55,203 nucleotides of DNA, from the NCBI GenBank assembly GCA_043824255.1, contig JBDRTG010000018.1, positions 1 to 55,203 on the forward strand, read 5' to 3'. Each line of letters begins with the position of its first letter. The stretch's first letter is position 1. Source of the DNA: a bacterium. Its GTDB lineage: Bacteria > JAHJDO01. Positions 47,465-55,203 of this stretch are shown one piece after another. The translations under genes and the position numbers were made by a program. The notes under the pieces were generated by a model. The model saw only the letters and a list, made by a program, of their open reading frames with translations. It searched no databases and was not told where the DNA came from.

Positions 47465-48154
47465 CTATTTTCCCCGTTTTCTGATGACTCGCGCTGGGAC
47501 ACCTACCGCTACCGAGTATGGAGGGATAGTTTTTGTAACTACTGATCCTGCTCCAACAACCGAACCTTCCCCAACATCGGCCGAATAGATCACGCAGACA
47601 TTCATTCCTATATAACAGTCTCTGCCGATAGTTACTTTCCGCTGATAGCCACCTTGAGAATAAATGGCCTTATCAGGATCGTCAAATTTATGGGAATATG
47701 GTGTTATTGTGATATTTTGCGCAAGAAGTGCATCGTCCCTAATCTCCAAACCTTCATGCCCATGCAAACAACAGCCAGTGCCGATATATACTCTCTTTCC
47801 AATCTTGATATAACCTTTATCTGGTGTTTCAGCATCAAGATAAACACCGTATTTCAATCTTGCGCCATCATCTAAGGTAATGCCCTTCTCTGTAGAGGCA
47901 ATTAATACGCAATCGTTGCCTATCTGCACATTATCTCCAAATGAGATGTATTGAGGGTTCGTGATTTTAACCCCGCACCCTATTTTTACATTTCTTCCAA
48001 TATGCCTTAGTTGAGTTCGATAATATTCAATGCGCTTTTCCACAGCAAGGGGACTATCCATGTTCATGAATACGGTTTTGTGATATTCTTCCTTCTCTTT
48101 CTCTGTAAGCTGATCATAAGTATTTGTAAAAAACTCCTTTGCTTTCACTTTCAT
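47465..48154 (-). CDS. Hexapeptide-repeat (left-handed beta-helix) acyltransferase
   Basis: Repeated IG hexads, VGAGSVVTK, AVGVPARVIR; ATG at 48154 with AGGAG RBS. Confidence 0.88.
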   Translation of the reverse strand: MKVKAKEFFTNTYDQLTEKEKEEYHKTVFMNMDSPLAVEKRIEYYRTQLRHIGRNVKIGCGVKITNPQYISFGDNVQIGNDCVLIASTEKGITLDDGARLKYGVYLDAETPDKGYIKIGKRVYIGTGCCLHGHEGLEIRDDALLAQNITITPYSHKFDDPDKAIYSQGGYQRKVTIGRDCYIGMNVCVIYSADVGEGSVVGAGSVVTKTIPPYSVAVGVPARVIRKRGK

Positions 48155-48167
48155 GATGTTCTCCTGA

Positions 48168-49226
48168 TTAAAATTCATTAAACACTTTTACTGGCAGGCC
48201 TGTTTCTATTGAATCCCAGCATGCTTGGCATACAGATATACATTTGGCTCCCTCGACTTCATTGACACAGGGCGTTTTATCATTTAGAACGGAGTCTTCC
48301 ATTTCTCTGATATACTTCAAAACCGAAGCTAAATGACCGGAGTATTCCTTGCCGTCAAAGTCTTCCCTTGCTTCTGTCCGAGAAAAGTCCATATTTATTT
48401 CCTTGCCGTTTTCTTCATAGCGGGCATGGTAGTTGACAATGGTTCCTTTTGTGCCAAAGATACTTACCCCCTCCATGGGCATAATATCCCCGGTAGCTCC
48501 ACCCGGTTGCTCTACTATGCCGATAGCGGTTAAAACCCTGGCGATCACACCATTCTTGAACTTCATATTAATGAGAAAATTCAATTCCTTGTTCGATGGA
48601 TACCTTTTATCAACTATGCTTGTTCCCGCATAGGCAAAAACTTCATCTACATCGCCGAAATACCAGCGTAGATGGTCAATAGGATGACATGCGCCCCCAT
48701 AAATCATGTCTTGGGGTACTTCATAGCGCCAGGGACTACGGTCAAACACTCTTCGGCAGTCGTGGATATAACTTGCTTCGGCAAATAATGGCTTCCCAAT
48801 CTTACCGCTGTCATAAAGAGCTTTGGCTTCCCGATGATGTTTAACAAACCGTCTGGTCTGGCCGGTAAGAAATTTTTTCTTATGTTTTCTTACCAATCCG
48901 ACCGTTTCCTTTGCTTCATCCAGACTTACTACCAGTGGTTTAGTACAGATTATATGTTTGCCAGCTTCCAGGCTATCTTTAATCATCTCCATATGCAGAT
49001 GGTCCGGAGTGAATATTCCAATAATGTCAATATCATCTCTTTTTAATATTTCTTTATAGTCGGTTGCGGCAAATGGGATATTAAATTCTTCTTTGTGTTG
49101 TTTGAGCCTTTCCGGATTTATATCGCATATTGCGCGTACTTCGCTGTTGAAATTTTCATGCCTGTTTACATAAAGCATGTTTCTTCCCATGAATAGTCCT
49201 ACAACACCTATTCCTAATTTGTCCAT
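48168..49226 (-). CDS. Gfo/Idh/MocA family oxidoreductase
   Basis: GVVGL, TPDHLH, GKHIICTKPL, GGACHPID. Confidence 0.9.
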   Translation of the reverse strand: MDKLGIGVVGLFMGRNMLYVNRHENFNSEVRAICDINPERLKQHKEEFNIPFAATDYKEILKRDDIDIIGIFTPDHLHMEMIKDSLEAGKHIICTKPLVVSLDEAKETVGLVRKHKKKFLTGQTRRFVKHHREAKALYDSGKIGKPLFAEASYIHDCRRVFDRSPWRYEVPQDMIYGGACHPIDHLRWYFGDVDEVFAYAGTSIVDKRYPSNKELNFLINMKFKNGVIARVLTAIGIVEQPGGATGDIMPMEGVSIFGTKGTIVNYHARYEENGKEINMDFSRTEAREDFDGKEYSGHLASVLKYIREMEDSVLNDKTPCVNEVEGAKCISVCQACWDSIETGLPVKVFNEF

Positions 49227-49237
49227 TCCATAACTCC

Positions 49238-51025
49238 TTATGTTAATGTTTTTTCAACAAAACCAAGATAATCTAATATCCCCTTAATTAATCCTTCGCC
49301 CACAATACTTAGAGACTTCTGGTCCACAACTCTTGTTTCTTTTTTAATCGGGTCAAAATAAGAAGACGTGCTAAGCTCCAGAGTAAAGGTCATAGCTTCC
49401 GGATAGGCTAAGCGAAAATGGTCGCGTGCTGCTGCCTGGCGAAAATGCAACTTGTGACTGTCAATTGTACGCAAACCGGCATATTGCTCCAGCAGTTTAA
49501 GGGCGCGATGCTTTTTGTGAATCAACTTTTGGCCTTTCCCCTTAAATATATTTTGAACAAAGGGACTAATATAGAAGCTGCTTGGATAAGTGAAAATAGG
49601 ATGGTTTTTAAATGTTCCGCCGGCGTGAATGTCAATAAAATAATCAACCTGAATGCCTTTACTCTTTAGTTTTTTAAAATAATTAAGAATACTACTTGTT
49701 TCCGGCTGAAAATTTTTAAACCAGCATCTGTTGGTATTCATCTTGTTTACATTTAATCCATTTCCACCCCAATGGGCACAGTCCATATTGACTATAGGTA
49801 CAAAATATAAAACAATCTTTTTAAGAAGCATTTTGTTCATTTTGAGATAGTCAATCATGGGCATTAAAAAATGGGCGCCAAGCATTTCCTGGGGTGAGTG
49901 TTGACCGCAAATAAGGACAATATGCTTTTTTTTAACATCCTGCACCGTGCTGTCCGTCAATTTGAATAATTTAATATCCCTTTTTTCTACAGTCCTGCCA
50001 ATATTTATGATTTGCACAAAGGATAGCCCTTTAACCTGTCTCACCACATGGTACAGTTCTTTTTCCAAGAAAGGAATAGAGGATGCAAGGTAAAAATTCC
50101 TGGCAGGAGCTTCCAGCAACGGATAAAAAGCTCCACTTTCGTTTGTGACTTTCAAAGTATTAGCGCGAAACCATTTTCCCCTGTCCGGACTCCAGAAAAA
50201 AACCGGGCACATATTTGGCCTTCCATCCAGGTACTGGTGGATCCTTAGCTTTGTCTTTGATTTGACCGCACCCGTCACTTGTACAAACAGCCAGTAGGAA
50301 GTGGTGCTACTGAACTCCGGACCGGTATATATATCAATAAGTTTCCTGTTTCCGTGGTAGGCGCAAAATATTTTGCTTGCGCCGGAAAAGCCGGTTTTTA
50401 CCACACAACCGGCAGGCTTGCTTTCCTCTCCCTGGAATAATTCAAAGCGGGCAGTGTTGTAAGCCGTAAGACGTTGAATGCGGATATGGCTGGATTTATC
50501 TTCCACTCGGGAAGGTTCAATTGTTGAAAAAAAAGACGGCAGGTCTTTGAAATCTTCAATCGTGAAAAGTACTTCCATTGGCTGTCTCTCATCTTTTGCC
50601 GCCAGTAAAAGCAGTTTTTTGCCTGAAACCGTAAAACCGACTTTAAAAGTCATATCCACGAAAGCCGACAGGCTAAGCCGTGACGTAGCTACACTCTCTT
50701 CATAGGAAGGGATTTTGTCCCGCAATTGAAAATTTAAGTGCCCATAACGATCGATATAAAACTTCCATCCGTTATAAGCTGTATCTTCAGCGATGACAAA
50801 TTCATCCTTCATTAGAGCACTGAGATCACTGACCTGCAAAACGCACTCAATGTAAATTTCCGGGTAGAAATTTTCTTTTTTATGCATTAGAACAAGAGCT
50901 GGAGGGTCCTTCGTAAATTTGTAAAACGCAGACGTGAAGGCAAGTCGCCCTTTTTTCCGCACAAAAGAAAAGAGCATAAAATCTTGTGGCTTACGTACGG
51001 TTTTATAATTAATTACGGTTTTCAT
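49238..51025 (-). CDS. M14-family zinc carboxypeptidase-like protein with N-terminal extension
   Basis: IGRTVEKR, GQHSPQE, VPIVNMD, NTNRCW, DIHAGG, TLE. Confidence 0.8.
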   Translation of the reverse strand: MKTVINYKTVRKPQDFMLFSFVRKKGRLAFTSAFYKFTKDPPALVLMHKKENFYPEIYIECVLQVSDLSALMKDEFVIAEDTAYNGWKFYIDRYGHLNFQLRDKIPSYEESVATSRLSLSAFVDMTFKVGFTVSGKKLLLLAAKDERQPMEVLFTIEDFKDLPSFFSTIEPSRVEDKSSHIRIQRLTAYNTARFELFQGEESKPAGCVVKTGFSGASKIFCAYHGNRKLIDIYTGPEFSSTTSYWLFVQVTGAVKSKTKLRIHQYLDGRPNMCPVFFWSPDRGKWFRANTLKVTNESGAFYPLLEAPARNFYLASSIPFLEKELYHVVRQVKGLSFVQIINIGRTVEKRDIKLFKLTDSTVQDVKKKHIVLICGQHSPQEMLGAHFLMPMIDYLKMNKMLLKKIVLYFVPIVNMDCAHWGGNGLNVNKMNTNRCWFKNFQPETSSILNYFKKLKSKGIQVDYFIDIHAGGTFKNHPIFTYPSSFYISPFVQNIFKGKGQKLIHKKHRALKLLEQYAGLRTIDSHKLHFRQAAARDHFRLAYPEAMTFTLELSTSSYFDPIKKETRVVDQKSLSIVGEGLIKGILDYLGFVEKTLT

Positions 51026-51126
51026 GCGAGCAATCTCCCTTATAATACAACCATTTGCAAAATTGAAAATTTCTCAGCTCTAAACACATACCTCTCTCTA
51101 CACGAAAAAAGGTCATGGAGAACATG

Positions 51127-52944
51127 TCACTGAAGCTCCAGAAAAGCCAAAAGACTTTTTAGCAGTCCCTCACCTACAATACTTAGAGACTTTTGGTCTA
51201 CAATCATGGATTCTTTCTTTATTGGATCAAAATAAGAGGATGTGCCTAACTCCAAATCAAAGGTTACTGCCTCCGAATAGGTCATTCTAAAATAATCTCT
51301 GGCTGAACAATTGCGAAAGCCAAAATCCATTCCGTCAATAATTCTTAATCCTGCGTATTCTTCCAGCAATTTAAGGGCTTGATTCTTTTTCTGAATAAGT
51401 CTGCTTGACGTGCTACGAAATGGTTTTTTATAAAAACTATCCGGATACCTTAAAATTACATGGTTTTTCCAGGTGCCTCCCGCATGAATATCTATAAAAT
51501 AATCTAGATTAATACCTTGTTTCTTCAAGTACTTAAAGTAATTTCTGATGCCGATGGTTTCTGGCTGCAGATTCTTAAACCAACATCTGTTCGTATTTTG
51601 TTTATTGACATTAAGCCCGTTTCCGCCCCAGTGTGCGCAGTCCATGTTGACTATAGGTACAAAATACAAAGCAACCTCTTTGAGAAGTTTTGGGTTTTTT
51701 TTGAAATAATCTATTATCGGCATTAGAAAGTGGCCACCCAGCATCTCCTGCGGTGAATGTTGGCCAACAGTAATAAGGATATTCTTTTTATCTGAGTCTT
51801 TGATACTGGGATCGGTGATTTTAAATAATTTAATGTCTCTTTTTTCAACCGTCTTGCCAATATTTATTACTTCCACAAAAGGCATATCCTTAACATTCTC
51901 TATAACCTCCTTTAATTCTGTCTCCATAAAGGGTATTGAACTGGAGAGATAAAAATCTCTCTCCGGAGCAAGAAGTAGGGGATAAAAGATGCCCCTGTCA
52001 TTTGTTACTTCTAAGGCATCCATCCTAAACCAGTTTTTTCTGTCTCTGCTCCAGAAAAAAACAGGTGCCATGTTTGGTGTACCGTGGCCAATTGAAAGAT
52101 GAATTCTCAATCTGGTCTTATTCTTTTCTGCTCCTTTTACCCTGGCAAAAATCCAGTAAGAAGTGGTTATGCAGAATTCAGGACCGGTATAGATATCAAT
52201 TAAGTCTTTAGCATCATCGTAAACAGGAAAAAACTTGCTTGCTCCGGAAAAATTTGATTCTATAATGCATTTGGAAGGGTTTTTATGCTTTTCGCTGAAC
52301 AGTTCATAACGCGCAGTATTGTAGGCCAAAATTTGAGTTATGGCAATGCCGGCATTTGTGCTGTTTATCAGAGGTATTTCGATGGTTTCCGGAACAGGAC
52401 TTAATAATCTCTCTTTAAAACGTTCTACTGTAAAATGAATCTTCATGCCGCTGTTCTCATTTTTGGAAACCATTAAAAGCAATCGATTATACGCTACAGC
52501 CTCTTTCCAGTGTTTGGTTTTCCGGGAGGTAAAAGCAGAGTTATTTAAAGCAAAACCCACTTTGAAACTTTTATCAACAAAAGAGCTCAGGCTTAATTTG
52601 GAATTTGATCTAAGGGAAGATTTTTTGCCTGGTCCTGTAAACATTAAGTATCCATATCTATCGATATAGAGTTTCCAGCCATCATAGGTTTTACATTTTC
52701 CCTCAGCAAGAATCACTTCTTCCTTCATCAAGGAGGAGAGATTGCTTATCTTTAAGGTAAACTCCAAGTATATCTCCGGATACAGGTTATCTATATCTGT
52801 TCTAAGAATTAGACTTTTCTTGTCCTTAGCCAGACTGAAGAAATCTGATTTATAATCAATCTTTTCATTCTTGTTTTTTAATGAAAAAAGCAGAAAATCC
52901 TCCGGCTCACTGACCGTCTTGTAATTAATACTTTTTATGAACAT
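51127..52944 (-). CDS. M14-family zinc carboxypeptidase-like protein (tandem paralogue)
   Basis: Same motifs (GQHSPQE, NTNRCW, DIHAGG, DLE); collinear with 49238-51025 over its full length. Confidence 0.8.
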   Translation of the reverse strand: MFIKSINYKTVSEPEDFLLFSLKNKNEKIDYKSDFFSLAKDKKSLILRTDIDNLYPEIYLEFTLKISNLSSLMKEEVILAEGKCKTYDGWKLYIDRYGYLMFTGPGKKSSLRSNSKLSLSSFVDKSFKVGFALNNSAFTSRKTKHWKEAVAYNRLLLMVSKNENSGMKIHFTVERFKERLLSPVPETIEIPLINSTNAGIAITQILAYNTARYELFSEKHKNPSKCIIESNFSGASKFFPVYDDAKDLIDIYTGPEFCITTSYWIFARVKGAEKNKTRLRIHLSIGHGTPNMAPVFFWSRDRKNWFRMDALEVTNDRGIFYPLLLAPERDFYLSSSIPFMETELKEVIENVKDMPFVEVINIGKTVEKRDIKLFKITDPSIKDSDKKNILITVGQHSPQEMLGGHFLMPIIDYFKKNPKLLKEVALYFVPIVNMDCAHWGGNGLNVNKQNTNRCWFKNLQPETIGIRNYFKYLKKQGINLDYFIDIHAGGTWKNHVILRYPDSFYKKPFRSTSSRLIQKKNQALKLLEEYAGLRIIDGMDFGFRNCSARDYFRMTYSEAVTFDLELGTSSYFDPIKKESMIVDQKSLSIVGEGLLKSLLAFLELQ

Positions 52945-53051
52945 AGTACTACTACTCCTTTCTTATTTGACTGTCTAACAACTATACCCTTTCTCATCTT
53001 ACACCTCCATATTTTTCCTATAATACATTTTTCATCTCCTTAAAACTACCA

Positions 53052-55203
53052 TCACATTGGTTCAATAATTATCCCGTTGAGGGCAAAGTAAGGAAGATGG
53101 CCGGGGTTATCAAAGACGAAGTTCATGACTTCGTCTTTAAGCTCGACCTCAAAACTTGGTCTTGATGGCTCGTTCTTCGGGATTTTGTGGTGCTTAACAA
53201 CCTGCTTTCCTTCAACATAAATGTCCGCTGAGAAGTGGGGAAAACGGGTATCTACCATTACGATGGTAACTTTATACTTTCCATTAGGAAGCCTAACTGC
53301 CCACTTTCTATTTCCCTTCCCGCTGCAGTAGTCGCGTAGAAGGTTATCACCCCTTCCCCTGTCTCCTTTCCAAGTATTGTCATACACTATCCAGCCATAT
53401 CCCTTTCTATCGGAATATTTTGTTTCATTGCGGATGGCACTGAATCCGTTCATTATGGGGCCTGCCCCAAAATCAAAGCCTATCGCTTTATTCAAAGGGA
53501 GTTCAAAAACAATATTTATTTTTTCCTCTTTTCTGTTTTCTGCAGCATCTTCGAGGATAAATGAAAGATTATTTTCCCCTAAATTAAAATCTTCCATAGC
53601 GACCCGAAATGATCCATCAGGAAGGAGTGCAAGCTTCTTTTCCTCATTTCCCTCCTGAAGGAAATAGAGGGACATTCCAGCCTCTTTCGGTAATACTTTC
53701 CCTTCGAGAATTGTATTGTTTACAGGTATTTTTTTTGGCAAATTTTTAAAAATTATCCTTGAAGATGGAGGAGAGGTATCGATTACAATAGTTCTTTTTA
53801 CTACAGCCTCGGGGAATTGGAAGGATTTAAGGATAATCTCATATTTCCCATCCTCAAGGGGTATATTGTTTTTATCTTTTCCATCCCAAATAATTTCTGC
53901 CTTTGGGAGTGGTCCCTCAAATTCTCTTATAATTTTGTTGCGCCTATTTTTTATTTGAGCAACCCATTTCCCTTTTGTAACCTGTATTACTGTTCTTCCT
54001 GTTATTTCCATTTTATCACCTCTGCCGTCGCCATTTGGAGAAAAGAAGACTGAAGTTAGGCTTAAATCCCTGAAGGCAATTTTAGGTGTTTCCGGAATAA
54101 ACCTTAGGCTCTTTAACTGCATTGGACCAATCTTATAGGAAAAACTGATGGCATTACCAGGAACATTTTCAAAAGGAAGAGATTTTCCTGACACAAGATC
54201 CACCACCTTTTCAACCTTTCCGCATTCAGGATAAAGTGTCAAAGTTATACTTTTCTCTTTCAGGTCAAAGGCCTTATTAATAATTGCCAAATACGTCCCG
54301 AAATCTGTGTTATACTGCCTTACAACAATATCCTTATCCTTTGGGATTACTGCTGTTGTTAGCACTTTTGAAGGTATGGCCGGTAGAGATAGAAATGCTA
54401 CAGAAAAATCCCTGGCAGATTTTAAGAATCCCCTTCTAACAGGCTCCCACATTCCGTCCATGATATAAAAAGGATCGGAATGAGCCATTGAAGCGACCTC
54501 TTCCATCATTGAAAAGGGGCCTGCATGTTCAATCGCCCCAATAATGAAAAGATTATAGGTATTGTTATAGGAAGTTTCTTCGTTATAGGGGAAAAAATTT
54601 CCGATTGCGCTTCCCTCGCCAGTTTTGAAAAGATTTAAAAACTCGGGATTATCAGCTGTGTATTTGTAATGAACAGGTGCCCAGTAAATGATTCCCTTAT
54701 CATTTTTGTAAAGACATGGGTTACACCCAATACTATAAGGAGAATACATACTCCCTGGCTCTGTAAACATTTTTACCAGGTCCATCTCATGGGGATAAAC
54801 AAGATGAGGGAGTTCGCCGCTTCTCTTTGCGCCCCAGAATTCCTTCATCTCCTTGTGCCGGCCATAGAGGATATCCTCAAGAGTAACCTTTCCTTCCAGT
54901 TCAGGAGTGATCTTTTCACGGTAGTAGGAGCGGGCAAGAGCGGGTTTCTTTTTCTGCTCTTTAGTCCATTTCTCTGGCGGCACTGTAAAACTGGGTACTA
55001 AAAGAATATTTGTTCCTGGAACATATATCTTGTCTTTGAGTGGATGACCTGCATATCTTAATCTGCCGCAGGAGAATGGGAAGTCATCGTCGCTGTGCCA
55101 GGGAAAGTAAAAGAGTTTCAGGTCAGGACGGAGGGCTTGCAGATTATCCCGCACACTTAAAAGAAACTCTCTCTTTTTCTTATACCACCACTGGTAGTAA
55201 TCG
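53052..55203 (-). CDS. Large multidomain protein, 5' end outside window: possible glycan-active core, FlgD-type Ig, Ig-like and C-terminal galactose-binding-like domains
   Basis: Frame open to the window edge (DYYQWWYKKKREFLLSVRD...); FSPNGDG...WDGKD...DGKY (FlgD-Ig); FDFG...GYGW...LPNGKYKVT...FALNGIII (jelly-roll). Confidence 0.75.
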   Translation of the reverse strand, partial: DYYQWWYKKKREFLLSVRDNLQALRPDLKLFYFPWHSDDDFPFSCGRLRYAGHPLKDKIYVPGTNILLVPSFTVPPEKWTKEQKKKPALARSYYREKITPELEGKVTLEDILYGRHKEMKEFWGAKRSGELPHLVYPHEMDLVKMFTEPGSMYSPYSIGCNPCLYKNDKGIIYWAPVHYKYTADNPEFLNLFKTGEGSAIGNFFPYNEETSYNNTYNLFIIGAIEHAGPFSMMEEVASMAHSDPFYIMDGMWEPVRRGFLKSARDFSVAFLSLPAIPSKVLTTAVIPKDKDIVVRQYNTDFGTYLAIINKAFDLKEKSITLTLYPECGKVEKVVDLVSGKSLPFENVPGNAISFSYKIGPMQLKSLRFIPETPKIAFRDLSLTSVFFSPNGDGRGDKMEITGRTVIQVTKGKWVAQIKNRRNKIIREFEGPLPKAEIIWDGKDKNNIPLEDGKYEIILKSFQFPEAVVKRTIVIDTSPPSSRIIFKNLPKKIPVNNTILEGKVLPKEAGMSLYFLQEGNEEKKLALLPDGSFRVAMEDFNLGENNLSFILEDAAENRKEEKINIVFELPLNKAIGFDFGAGPIMNGFSAIRNETKYSDRKGYGWIVYDNTWKGDRGRGDNLLRDYCSGKGNRKWAVRLPNGKYKVTIVMVDTRFPHFSADIYVEGKQVVKHHKIPKNEPSRPSFEVELKDEVMNFVFDNPGHLPYFALNGIIIEPM

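Noticed and set aside
1247..55001. Numerous 60-154 aa ORFs antisense to or nested within long genes (e.g. 1476-1889, 11075-11488, 38047-38511, 43919-44314)
   Set aside because: Shadow ORFs of well-supported genes with no recognisable motifs
1..55203. tRNA, rRNA, riboswitch (including cobalamin) or other structured ncRNA
   Set aside because: Intergenic gaps are short and AT-rich and I could not see conserved elements by eye; an Infernal/tRNAscan run would be needed to exclude them formally

Overview
AT-rich bacterial genomic window with four blocks. (1) 1-133: one end of an IS1202/ISNCY-type insertion sequence and the first 14 codons of its transposase. (2) About 2-19.7 kb: a surface-glycosylation locus with five ArnT/PMT-like (GT-C fold) transferases, four DPM1-like GT2s, a WecA-like initiator, a GT4, a WecE-like aminotransferase, two B12-binding radical SAM enzymes and two methyltransferases (one internally deleted); its core is on the opposite strand to its flanks. 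(3) About 19.8-24 kb: a probably leaderless excisionase-type HTH gene, an unannotated 56-aa zinc-finger gene, nadE, glutamine synthetase III and a TIGR01212 radical SAM gene. (4) About 24-55.2 kb: a co-directional minus-strand catabolic array rich in paralogues (FGGY kinases, Fuc/Ara-type isomerases, Gfo/Idh/MocA, amidohydrolases, URO-D-fold proteins, MttB, sulfatase, DUF3604, tandem M14). The most striking signal is that the 3' end of the DUF3604 gene (encoding WSSPIW) recurs twice as orphan tails in downstream intergenic gaps. These form ~30-bp direct repeats that delimit two 2-gene cassettes, as expected from serial integration into a protein-coding gene, although no integrase is visible. 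All calls come from motif reading only; no database searches were run. Some starts were refined from the ORF track using RBS or promoter context.
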